Shown here in pieces: positions 25,233 through 36,536 of a stretch of 64,000 nucleotides of DNA. The notes under the pieces are model-generated. The model had not been told where the DNA came from and did no database searches. It worked only from the letters and a program-made list of their open reading frames with translations. A program made the position numbers and the translations under genes. Within the stretch, counting starts at the first letter, position 1. Every line of letters starts with the position of its first letter. This stretch comes from Centroscyllium fabricii (Eukaryota). Where the stretch lies: positions 105,400,001 through 105,464,000 of the forward strand of contig JBNRSN020000007.1 in the NCBI GenBank assembly GCA_051313645.2, given 5' to 3'.

Positions 25233-27100
25233 CTGATCCTCGACCCAGGCACCGATCCACGACCCAGCACCGATCCCTGACCCAGGCACCATTCCCCGAT
25301 CCAGGCACCGATCCCTGACCCAGGCACCAATCCATGACCCAGGCACTGATCCCCAACCCAGGGACCAGCCTGGGTCGGGCAGTGATCCCCGACCCAGGCA
25401 CCGATGCCCGACCCAGGCACCAATCACCGACCCAGGCACCGATCCACGACCCGGCCACCGATCCATGACTCATGCCGATCCCCAACCCAGGTGCCGATCC
25501 CCGACCCAGGCACCGTTCCCCGACCCAGGCACCGATCCCCGACCCAGGCACCGATCCCCAACCCAGGCACCGATCCCCGACCCAGGCACCGATCCCCGAC
25601 CCAGGCACCGATCCCCAACCCAGGCACCGATCTCCGACCCAGGCACCGATCTCCGACCCGGGCACTGAACCCCGACCCAGCAACCGATCCTTGACCCAGG
25701 CACTGATCCCCGACCCAGGCACCGATCCCCGACCCGGGCACCTATCCCTGACCCGGGCATCGATCCCTGACCCGGGCATCGATCCCCGACCCGGGCACCG
25801 ATTCCCGACCCGGGCACCGATCCCCAACCTGGGCACTGATCCCCGACCCGGGCACCGATCCCCGACCAAGGCACCGATCCCGGACACAGGCACAGATCCC
25901 CGACCCAGGCATCGATCTCCGACCCAGGCACCGATCTCCGACCCGGGCACCAAACCCCGCCCCAGCAACCGATCCTTGACCCAGGCACTGATCCCCGACC
26001 CAGGCACCGATCCCCGACCCAGGCAGCGATCCCCGACCCAGGCACCGATCCCCGACCCGGGCACCTATCACCGACCCAGGCATCCATCCCCGACCCGGGC
26101 ATCGATCCCCGACCCGGGCACCGATCCCCGACCCGGGCACCGATCTCTGACCCGGGCACCGATTCCCGACCCGGGCACCGATCCCCAACCTGGGCACTGA
26201 TCCCCGACCCGGGCACCGATCCCCGACCGAGGCACCGATCCCGGACACAGGCACAGATCCCCGACCCAGGCATCGATCTCCGACCCAGGCACCGATCTCC
26301 GACCTGGGCACCAAACCCCGCCCCAGCAACCGATCCTTGACCCAGGCACTGATCCCTGACCCAGGCACCGATCCCCGACCCAGGCAGCGATCCCCGACCC
26401 AGGCACCGATCCCCGACCCGGGCACCTATCGCCGACCCGGGCATCCATCCCCGACCCGGGCACCGATCCCCGACCTGGGCACCAATCCCCGACCCGGGCA
26501 CCGATCCCCAACCAAGGCACCAATCCCGAACACAGGCACAGATCCCCGAGCCAGGCACCGATCCCCGACCCAGGCACCGATCCCCGACCCAGGCACCGAT
26601 CCCCGACCCAGGCACCGATCCACGACCCAGGCACCGATCCTCGAACCAGACACCGATCCCCGACCCAGGCACAGATCCCTGACCCAGGCACCGATCCCTG
26701 ACCCGGGCACCGATCCCCGACCCGGGCACCGAACCCTGACCCAGCAACCGATCCTTGAACCAGGCACCAAAATCCAACCCAGGCACAGATCCCCGACCCA
26801 GGCACCGATCCCCGATCCGGGCACCGATCCCCGACCCGGGCACCGATCCCCGACCCGGGCACCGATCCCCGACCCAGGCACCGATCCCAGACACAGGAAC
26901 CGATCCCCGACCCAGGCACCGATCCCCGACCAAGGCACCAATCGCCGACCGAGGCACCGATCCCCGACCCAGGCACCGACGAACGGCCCAGGCACCAATC
27001 ACCGACCCAGGCACCGATCCCCGACTGAGGCACCAATGCCCGACCCAGGCACCGATCAGCGACCCAGGCACCGATCACCGACCCAGGCAACGATCCCCGG
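25233..27100. repeat. 19-bp satellite array (right arm)
   Basis: The same unit resumes in register after the CTGAT TSD and ends at about 27100. Confidence 0.97.
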
Positions 27101-27441
27101 ACCCTCAGCCGCACGTTCCCTCGCGACACCGATTCTCGGACACTCCACCCTTGGACCCACTTACCTGGGATCCGCTGCAACGCTAACAGCAGCCCAATTT
27201 TTCATTACTCTTCACCAGCAGCATATTGCACCATATCATCTCCAATGTAATGAAGCCCCAGGAAGATCTCATGTGTGATCCCCACTCTGTGCTGGCTAAG
27301 TAAGCTGAGCTCAGCTGGGGCAAGGGTAGGAGACCTACAATTGAGTTAGCGAGAGGAATATTAGTGAGGCTTTCCATCTAGTGACCCCCAGATGGAAGTG
27401 CATTTGTGTAGATGCTGGAACGGGATAGATTAATACACTCC

Positions 27442-30400
27442 TGTATGCATGCAGGCCTGAAGAACCACGCTAGAGACAGTGAGATCGGATAACACTCATT
27501 TAATAGTTTACTCTGCAGGGGCCAGGTAGCGAAGAGAGTGAGCCACCTGGAACAGGCATATTTAAAGGGCCCGCGGTTGGTGATGTCACCACCGGAAGTC
27601 CCGGTGATGTCACCACTGGAAGTCCCGGTGACGTCATCACGCCGGAAGTCGCGGTGATGTCATCACGTCGCCCGGTGGGCGGGGCCGTGCCCCGCAGTAC
27701 TCCCGAGGCAGATTCGTTGGTCTTGGTGGGCGTGTCGCCACACGGCTCCCCCCCAGAATCTGTGAGGGAGAATAAAGTTAAAATTAAAAAAGGGAGAATA
27801 AAGTAAAAATAAAAAAATGGAGCATAAAAGATGAGTCTCAGGCGAGGCGTTTCGGTGGCCGGATGATGCGGCCGGCACGTGTCGTGCGCTGCTCCTTGTT
27901 CTGCGTGGGAGTGTGGGCCGGTTTTGGTGCGGTAGGGCATCCGCGTTTTGGTGGCTGCGCGGGGACCGTTGTCTCACCCGCCATTACATGTGCCGGTTTG
28001 AGCCGGTCAATCGAGACAGTCTCAGTTCTGTTGCCCATTTTGATTTGAAATGTCTTAGGTCCCGCCCGAAGCACTCTGTACGGTCCATCGTACGGTGGCT
28101 GTAGTGGTGTTCGATGTGCGTCGTGGCGGAAAAACACATATTCGGCGTTCTTGATGCCGTCTGGAACACATGCTGCCGGCTCTCCGTGCCGGGCCACCGG
28201 GAGTGGTTTGAACGCCCCTGCCTGATTGTTGAATTCCTTGAGGCAGCGGTCGGCTGACCAGGGAGCGTTGGGTTCTGCGAGGAACTCGCCTGGTACGGTT
28301 AGGGGTTGGCCGTAGACGAGTTCCGCCGCTGAGGCATGCAGGTCTTCCTTGGCCGCTGAGCGTAGGCCGAGCATTACCCAGGGCAGGCGGTCGGTCCAGG
28401 TTGCATCCTTAAGACTGGCCCGCAGGGAAGCTTTGATGGAGCGGTGGAACCGTTCGCAGAGGCCATTGGCCTGTGGGTGGTAGGCGGTGGTTCGGTGCAG
28501 GGTTGCCCCGAGGTCGTGGGTGATGGTCGCCCATAGGGTTGAGGTAAATTGGGGGCCCCTGTCCGACGTGATGTCGGTGGGTAGGCCGAAACGTGCGACC
28601 CAGGTGGCGATGAAGGCCCTGGCCAGGTCCGCGGTGGTGGTAGCGGTGAGTGGGACCGCTTCTGGCCAGCAGGTGCTGCGGTCGACCATTGTCATGACGT
28701 GTGTATGTCCCCGTGATGGCGGTAGTGGTCCGACCAGGTCGATGTGGACGTGGCTGAAGCGTCTAGCTGGGATGGTGAACATTTCTAGTGGTGCCTTGAT
28801 GTGCTTGTGCACCTTGGCGCGCTGGCAGGCAGTGCAGGCGTTGGTCCAGGCGCGGACATCCTTGCGCAGGCCGCGCCAAATGAAACGTGCCGAAATCAGC
28901 TTAGTGGACACGCGGGCGCCGGGGTGGGACAGGTCATGGAGGGTCTGGAAGATGTGTCACCTCCATGCGTGGGGGATGACGGGTCTGGGCTGCGGGAGGG
29001 AGACATCGCAGCGGACCGCTGCGGCTGTGGGCCCATGTGCTACGGTGCCCAAGTGCAGGCCGGGGAGATTGGTAGCTGGGTCGAGCAGATCAGGGTCGGT
29101 GAGTTGGTCGGCCGCCAGTTTGGCGTAGTCGACCGCCGTTTGTACCGAGTTGATGGTGGGACGTGACAGGCAGTCAGCGACCACATTGTCGCGGCCGGCG
29201 ATGTGCTGTATGTCGGTGGTAAATTCCGACACGGCCGCGAGCTGGCGCTGCTGCCTGGCCGACCAGGGTTCGGCGATCTTAACCATTGCAGACACAAGTG
29301 GCTTGTGATCCACGAAGGCTGTAAAGTGGCGGCCCTCTAAGAGGAAGCGGAAGTGGCGCACTGCGAGGTAGAGAGCGAGTAGCTCCCTATCGAAGGCGCT
29401 GTACTTGACCTCCGGGGGCCGGAGTTGCTGGCTGAAAAAGGCCAGGGGTTGCCAGGAGTTGCCGGTCCACTGCTCGTAGACCGCTCCGACAGCGTGCTCG
29501 GAGGCGTCGGTGGTGAGGGCCACTCTGGCATTGGGCCTAGGGTGGGCTAGGAGCGTGGCGTTGGCCAGGGCGGTTTTGGTTGCGGTGAAGGCAGTGGTGG
29601 CTTCGGCCATCCACTCGACCGCAGCCTTGTTGGACTGCCCGCGGGTGGCTTGATAGAGGGGTGCCATGAGAGCGGCTGCTCCTGGGATGAAGCGGTTATA
29701 GAAATTAACCATCGCGAGGAATTCCTGCAGCCCCTTGATGGAGTGCGGGCGGGGGAATTCCTGGACCGCCTGCACCTTGGAGGGCAGGGGTATGGCCCCG
29801 GTCTGGGAAATGCGGTGGCCTAGGAAGTCGATCGTCTCGAGGCCGAACCGACATTTGGAGGGGCTTAATATAACGCCGTGTTCGACCAGGCGTTTGAACA
29901 GGGTCCTGAGATGGAGGAGGTGTTCCTGGGGGGAGGTGCTGGTCACGAGGATGTCATCCAGGTAGACGAACGTGAACTGCAAGTCCCATAGGACTGAGTC
30001 CATGAGGCGTTGGAAGGCCTGGGCCGCGTTTTTAAGTCCGAAGGGCATTCGGAGAAACTCGAAAAGGCCGAAAGGGGTAATGACGGCTGTCTTAGGGACG
30101 TCCGCCGGGTGCACTGGTACCTGGTGGTAGCCCCGTACCAGGTCGATCTTTGAAAAAATCGTGCAGCCGGCTAGCCTTGCTGAGAAATCTTGGATGTGGG
30201 GTACGGGGTACCTGTCTGGGGTGGTGGCGTTGTTGAGGCGGCGGTAGTCTCCGCAAGGGCGCCAGCCACCGCCCGGCTTGGGGGCGATGTGGAGGGGGGA
30301 GGCCCAGGGGCTGCTGGAGCGGCGGATTATGCCGAGTTGTTCCATGATGTGGAACTCGGTACGCACGAGCTCCAGCTTGGCCGGGTCTAGCCTGCGTGCG

Positions 30401-32038
30401 TGGGCATGGACTGGAGGGCCTGTGGTGGTGATGTGATGCTCCACCCCATGCTTGGCCGTCCGGGCTGTGAAGGTGGGGTTAGTGATGGCTGGGAACTCCG
30501 CGAGGAGCATGCCGTACGTGTCGGAGTTCCGGGCTCGGCAGTGGGACGCTGCGTGGGCCTGGTGTGCCGGCCCTGTGGAGCATGGGATGGTCGACATGTT
30601 ATGGATGTCGACCAGGCGGCGCCGGGTCACGTCGACCAGTAGGCCGTGGGCGCAGAGAAAATCAGCCCCGAGGAGGGGTAGTTTGACTTGGGCTGTGATG
30701 AAGTCCCACTGGTACGTGTGGCCTGCTAGCTTGATGGTGAGCTTGCGGGTGCCGTACGTAACTATCTCGGAGCCATTTGCGGCTTCGAGTGGTGGGCCTT
30801 GGGTGCCTTGCTTGGTTTCTGCGGGGGAGGCTGGCACAATGCTGTGCTGCGCGCCTGTGTCGCAGAGGAAGCGGAGGCCTGAGCCGCTGTCCGTGACGAA
30901 GAGCAGTGCTCCCGAGCGGCCTACGGACATGGTGGGGCTTGAGCTGGGTTGGGGTTTGAAGGTGCAGGGCTGGACGCAGCGCTGCGCTTTAGCTTCAAAC
31001 CTGGTGTGGTAGTAACACCAGCCGGGGCCTGTTGTGCGTTGCTTTTTGCGGGTGCGCACTGGCCTGGGTTCAGACTTGGGGCCGGACCTGGGGTGCGCGT
31101 AGTGGTGCTCCGGTGCCGTGGCAGCGGGCTCGCACGTGGCGGCTCGGGAGCGCTCGGCCCTCATCAGCTTGTCGGCCTCCTCAGCCAGTTGCCCTCCACT
31201 GTAGTGGTAGAGGATCGTCAGAGCCGGTCTGACGGAGGGAGGCAGTTTGAGGAGGAACAAGGTGCGCTTAATGGTGGCTGGGTCGCAATTGAGCGCTTCC
31301 ATTTGGGCCCAGAGGTCCGATGGGTCTGCGTCCCCGAGTTCGGGGAGGTTAATGAGCTGGCAGTCGCGCTCAAACTGGGAGGGGGTGAATTTCTTTAGCA
31401 GCGCGGCCTTAAGGAATTCGTACCTGCCAGCGGTTGGTTCGTGCTGTATCGTTGGCCACATTCGGTCGACCGTGGTCTGTGATAGGGCCGCGAAGAGCAG
31501 GTTGTATCGATCGTCCCCCTGTACGCCATGGATGCGGTAGGTGTTCTCCGTGCAGAGGAACCAGGCCGCTGGTCGTAGTTCCCAGAACTCTGGCAGGGTT
31601 GGTATTTGGCCGGAGTTCTGGCCCAGTCTCTGAAGTCGCGCTGTTTGGCTCCCTGATGGCATGTGGGTTGGGAGTGTACTGAGGCAGCTTGGCCCTCAGT
31701 CCTGCAGCTACTGCTTCATTATGTTCCCTTGGAAGTCGTTCCAAGTATCGTGGTCACCACTGTAGTGCATGCAGGCCTGAAGAACCACGCTAGAGACAGT
31801 GAGATCGGATAACACTCATTTAATAGTTTACTCTGCAGGGGCCAGGTAGCGAAGAGAGTGAGCCACCTGGAACAGGCATATTTAAAGGGCCCGCGGTTGG
31901 TGACATCACCACCGGAAGTCCCGGTGACGTCATCACACCGGAAGTCGCGGTGACATCATCACGTCGCCCGGTGGGCGGGGCCGTGCCCCGCAGTACTCCC
32001 GAGGCGGATTCGTTGGTCTTGGTGGGCGTGTTGCCACA
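27442..32038 (-). mobile_element. full-length CsRn1-like Ty3/Gypsy element B1
   Basis: LTRs at 27442-27742 (301 bp) and 31761-32038 (278 bp). 4-bp TSD CTCC at 27438-27441 and 32039-32042. PBS TGGTGACCACGA at 31759-31748 (tRNA-Trp-like). G-rich PPT at ~27743-27757. Confidence 0.95.
27838..31662 (-). pseudogene. Gag-Pol of B1, split by a premature TGA at 28957-28959
   Basis: [13 protein letters not shown]; CHCC Gag motif [18 protein letters not shown]; protease LCDTGA; RT YLDD; RNase H TTDAS; integrase HIDLVGP..SDRG..NGLCERFH; GPY module. The stop is a CGA>TGA change relative to copy B2. Confidence 0.92.
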
Positions 32039-32189
32039 CTCCTGTGATAACCACTTTGGGCCCTTCACCCGGCTGTCATATAGCAAGCTAGCACTCACTT
32101 TCAACATTCGCACACAAATAAAGGGAACTTGGGCCATTGGGTGATGGCACCTGTGGACTGTAGGCCATAAAGAAATTAATATCAGTAAT

Positions 32190-32830
32190 AACAACTACCA
32201 TTAACAAAGTGTCTTTAATGTAAAAAATGTCCCTAGGTATTTCTTAGAAGAAGTCTATGAAAATTGACAGGTGAGCAGGCAAAGGAGAGACCAAAGCTTG
32301 TCAAAGAGATGCATTTTGTGGAAGATTTTAAAGGAGAAAAGAGAATTAGAGACATTTGAGCAGGGAATTCCAGAGGGTAGTTAGACAGGCCCTGCCACTG
32401 ATACTGAGACGAAGGGAACAGGATGCACAAGAGGCAGGGTTTGGGGGGAAACAAGTATTTGGGGGAGGATATAGGGGCGGACGTTGTGGAGAGAGGGTTG
32501 GGCAAGGCTTTGGATGGATCTTAAAATGAGAATGAGATTTCTAATTTAGGATGTTGGAGACAGGGCGCCAATGTAAGTCAGCGAGGACTAAGGTGATGGT
32601 TGAACAGGGTTTAGCGCAAGACCGGAAATGAGCAACAGGGTATTCAACAAGTTGTAGTTTATGGAGGGTGGAGGATGGAAGGCCAGAAAAAGGAGTGTTG
32701 GAATAGTTGAGTCTGAAGGTGACAAAGGCATCTATAAAGATTTCAGTAGCGAAGGTGCTGAGGTAGGGGTGGAGGTAAGCAATATTGTGTAGTATAAGTA
32801 GGCAGTCTTAGTGATAGAGAAAATATGGGT
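32190..32830 (-). mobile_element. old L2-clade LINE 3' fragment
   Basis: Similar to the L2-like 3' segment at 44059-44365 (ACCAAAGCTTG.TCAAAGAG..TTTAAAGGAG..GGGAATTCCAGAG). Confidence 0.6.
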
Positions 32831-33204
32831 TCTGAAACTCAGCTCGAGAGATGCAAAAGAGAGATGCATCTATGAAAGAAATTGGTAGATAAAATGGCAA
32901 GAGAAATAAATACATCTATAATATATTAAAAATCTTCTGTCATCATACACTTCCTGTCTGCACTACTTGGCTCCGTGACACTTCTGTGTATTTTTCTCAT
33001 TCTAATTTCTTATGTTATCCTTTTTTCTTTTAATGCAATCTATTCACCTTCCTGCCTGCTCGCCCCCTGTAAAATTATAGATCAGATCACATTTCTCCTT
33101 CTCCCTCTTTACCCCCTTTTCCGGTTACCTCAAATCAGAGTCCCTCTCCCAGTTGGAGCTTCTGAAATAGATTGGGCTAGTAGCTCAATGTGTAATTCAC
33201 ACAG

Positions 33205-33596
33205 TTTCCCCCGCTCCTCCTCTCCCCCTGCTCCCCTTCTTTCAATCCTTTCCTCCATTCCTCCTTCTCTCTCCTTCCCTTCCTCCTTTATCTCTGCTCC
33301 CTTCCTCCTTCCCTTCCTCCTTTATCTCTGCTCCCCTCCCTTATCCTTCTCTCTCCTCCCTTTCCTCTTTCCCTTCATCTCTCTATCTTCTCCCCTTCCC
33401 GCCCAACCCCTCTTTACTCCACGCTTGATTCTCTCTATTTTCTTTCCTCACTTGCCCCGCACTGCTCGCTACCTTCTTTATTTCCACTTCCCCGCCATCC
33501 TTTCATTCATCCCCTTCCCCACCTCCCTCTGTACCATTCCCTATTGCTTCCCTCTTCTTCCTCTTGCCCTTTTTCCATCTTCCCCCCTTCCCCCAT
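33205..33596. repeat. pyrimidine-rich low-complexity tract
   Basis: Almost exclusively C/T; continues for a few bases beyond the A2 insertion at 42478. Confidence 0.85.
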
Positions 33597-33888
33597 TGTG
33601 GTAACCGTAATTACCAGTATGTATATAGGAATGTGTTCATCGGCAGCTCTGTACATTGTGTGTATATATATGGATGTATTCACCTCCAAACTCTGTACAT
33701 TATGTGTAAGGCCAGGTCGGCCACACCTCTAACTCCTCCCCTCAGGTAGGAGCTTTTAGGTGAGGGCCGCCCTGCCCCCGCTCATTCTCGCCTTCAACTC
33801 GACAGGAGACTAGCTCCATTATAAGTGAATAAAAGCCTGTAGTTTGGGTAACTACTCGTCTTTTTTGTCTTGATTGACGATACGTCAA

Positions 33889-33901
33889 TTTTATTCACTT
33901 A
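33889..33901 (+). promoter_or_regulatory. non-tRNA PBS-position element of A2 (TTTTATTCACTTA), complementary to LTR 33822-33834
   Basis: Perfect 13-bp inverted repeat of TAAGTGAATAAAA, starting 1 nt after the LTR end. Confidence 0.8.
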
Positions 33902-34854
33902 AATTTAAAACATGGAGAGTAACGCAGTGAAACCGGATCGCCCCGATATTAATCCTCAGGCACCCGATGCTGCTAACAATTTCGAACACTGGTTCGGCCT
34001 GGTCGAGGCCTACATGAAGGCCGTAAAGGCAACAAGTGATGAGGACAAACTCCAGGTACTCTCATCACGGATCAGCGGTCGGGTATATTCCTTTATCCGC
34101 GGCCTCAAGACGTACGGGGAAGCGGTGAAAAAAACTAAAGGACTGCTACATGCGCCCGGCCCACTCGGTCTATGCCAGGCATGTTTTGGTGACCAGACAA
34201 CAGCGACTCGGTGAGTCCAATGAACAATTCTCATTGGCGCTTCAAGCCCTCGCACGGGCCTGCGACTGCCAGCCAAGGACGGCGCAGGAGGAAGCGAACC
34301 TCCTAATACGTGATGCATATGTGGCTGGAATCAGGTCCAGCCAGGCCCACAAGCGGCTGCTGGAACAGGACACTCTGTCGCTCGAGGACGCAATAACCCT
34401 TTCGAATGCGGTTGATGGAGTGCTCCGAAAGCTGGAGGCGTATGGAGGCCACGGCCCACACGATACCCTCGACCCCTGGGTGGCACCGCGACAGGCCAAG
34501 ACCCCCACGATGGCAGCGGCGGCTGCGAAGACACCGACGGGGCACCGATGTTACTTCTGCGGCCAGGGAAAGAACCCGCGAGCGCAGTGCCCCAAGAGGA
34601 ACGCGACCTGCGAGCGGTTACGCAAGAGTGTGCAAGTCCAACCCAGCATCCAGCTCCAGACCCAACAGTGCGGCCTGCGAAAACAACGATGCCATTCCAT
34701 GGCCTAAGGTACAGTGTTGCAGCGCGACCCAGCAGTGGTCAGCCGGGGGTAAATCGTGGGCGCCTCAGTCACCCCTAACTGTACGGCGGAGGCCGGCCGC
34801 GCGCGTGGCACGGGCGCCGCCACTCCAAAAGCGACAGTGTCCGGCCATATGCGA

Positions 34855-35150
34855 CACCCCGGCGCCGCCATCTTATCGACAGCGGCCGGCCATGTGCGAC
34901 CCCCGGCGCCGCCATCTTGTCCACCGCGGTCCGCCGTGTGCGAACAACGGGCGCCGCCATCTTATCCTCAGCGGCCGGCCATGTGCGACCCCCGGCGCCG
35001 CCATCTTGTCCACCGCGGTCGGCCACGTGCGACCCCCCGGCGCCGCCATCTTGTCCACTGCGGTCCGCCTCATGCGAATCATGGGCGCCGCCATCTTATC
35101 CACCGCGGTCGGCTGCGTGCGAACCACGGGCGCCGCCATCTTGTCCACCT
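34855..35150 (+). repeat. seven ~44-45-bp tandem units, each containing GGCGCCGCCATCTT, at the gag-pol junction of A2
   Basis: Cores at ~34861, 34905, 34950, 34994, 35039, 35084 and 35129. Confidence 0.9.
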
Positions 35151-36536
35151 TGAAAGTCGACCCCCCCTCACTGTTCGCCAACCTCGACCCCAGATGCAAG
35201 CCCATTGCTACTAAGAGTCGGCGTTACAGTGCAGGGGACCGGGCGTTTATCAGGTCGGAAGTCGGGCGTATGCTGCAAGAGGGGATCATTGAGGCCAGCA
35301 CCAGCCCTTGGTGGGCCCAGGTCGTAGTGGTTAAGACGGGCGAGAAACTGCGCATGGTCATTGACTATAGCCAGACGATTAACCGCTACACCGGGCTCGA
35401 CGCCTACCCCCTCCCCCGCATCTCGGATATGGTAAAGCAGATCGCCCAGTACAAGGTCTTTTCCACAATCGACCTTCAGTCGGCGTATCATCAACTCCCC
35501 ATTCAGAAATCCGACCGCCAGTACACCGTCTTCGAGGCAAATGGCCGGCTCTACCACTTTCTCCGGGTCCCCTTCGGCGTGACCAACGGAGTGTCGGTGT
35601 TCCAGAGGAAGATGGGCCATATGGTTGACCAGAACGGGTTGCAGGCCACCTTCCCCTACCTGGACAGCGCGACCATCTGCGGCCACGACCAGCAGGACCA
35701 CGATGCCAACCTCGCCAAATTCCTGCACACGGCGAAAAGGCTGGATCTCACGTATAATAAAGACAAGTGTGTCTTTAGTACAGATCGGCTCGCTATCCTC
35801 GGATATGTGTTGGAAAACGGGGTCCTCGGCCCCGACCCACAGCGTATGCGCCCCTTACAAGAGCTGCCCTTACCTCACAACCCCAAAGCCCTGAGCAGAT
35901 GTCTAGGGTTCTTTGCTTATTACGCGCAATGGGTCCCCCAGTACGCGGATAAGGCCAGACCTCTCCTCAAGGCCGACATTTTCCCCTCTCGGAAAAAGCC
36001 CAAACGGCATTCGCCCAGATTAAGGAAGACATCATCAAGGCGACCATGCACGCCGTTGATGAGTCCATCCTTTTCCAGGTGGAGAGTGACGCTTCGGACT
36101 TCGCCCTTGCCGCCACCCTGAACCAGGCGGGCAGGCCCGTCGCGTTTTTCTCCCGGACCCTACAGGGACCCGAAACTCGCCACTCAGCAGTGGAAAAGGA
36201 GGCCCAGGCCATCGTGGAGGCAGTGCGCTACTGGCGTCATTACCTGGCCGGTAAGCGTTTTACTCTGCTCACCGACCAACGGTCGGTAGCGTTTATGTTT
36301 AATAATAAACAACGGGGTAAAATCAAGAATGATAAGATCCTGCGGTGGCGGATCGAGCTCTCGACTTACGAGTACGACATTCTTTACCGTCCAGGCAAAC
36401 TCAACGAACCCCCGGACGCACTGTCCAGGGGAACGTGCGCCAGCGCCCAGCTGGACCGGCTGAAGGCCCTCCATGATCGCCTCTGCCACCCGGGTGTCAC
36501 CAGACTTGCCCACTTCGTCAAATCCCGTAGCCTCCC

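Noticed and set aside
4735-27100. CRISPR-like array
   Set aside because: Units are contiguous with no unique spacers, there are no cas genes, and the context is vertebrate.
4495-27278. Hundreds of Pro/Arg- or Gly/Trp-rich ORFs (up to 583 aa) on both strands
   Set aside because: Artefacts of a stop-free 19-bp satellite; every frame gives the same periodic peptide and there are no gene signals.
32975-33604. 209-aa hydrophobic ORF resembling a membrane protein or env
   Set aside because: Translation of a C/T low-complexity tract lying outside any LTR pair.
33888-33911. A degenerate tRNA PBS in family A
   Set aside because: No TGG start, AT-rich, and fully explained by complementarity to each element's own LTR.
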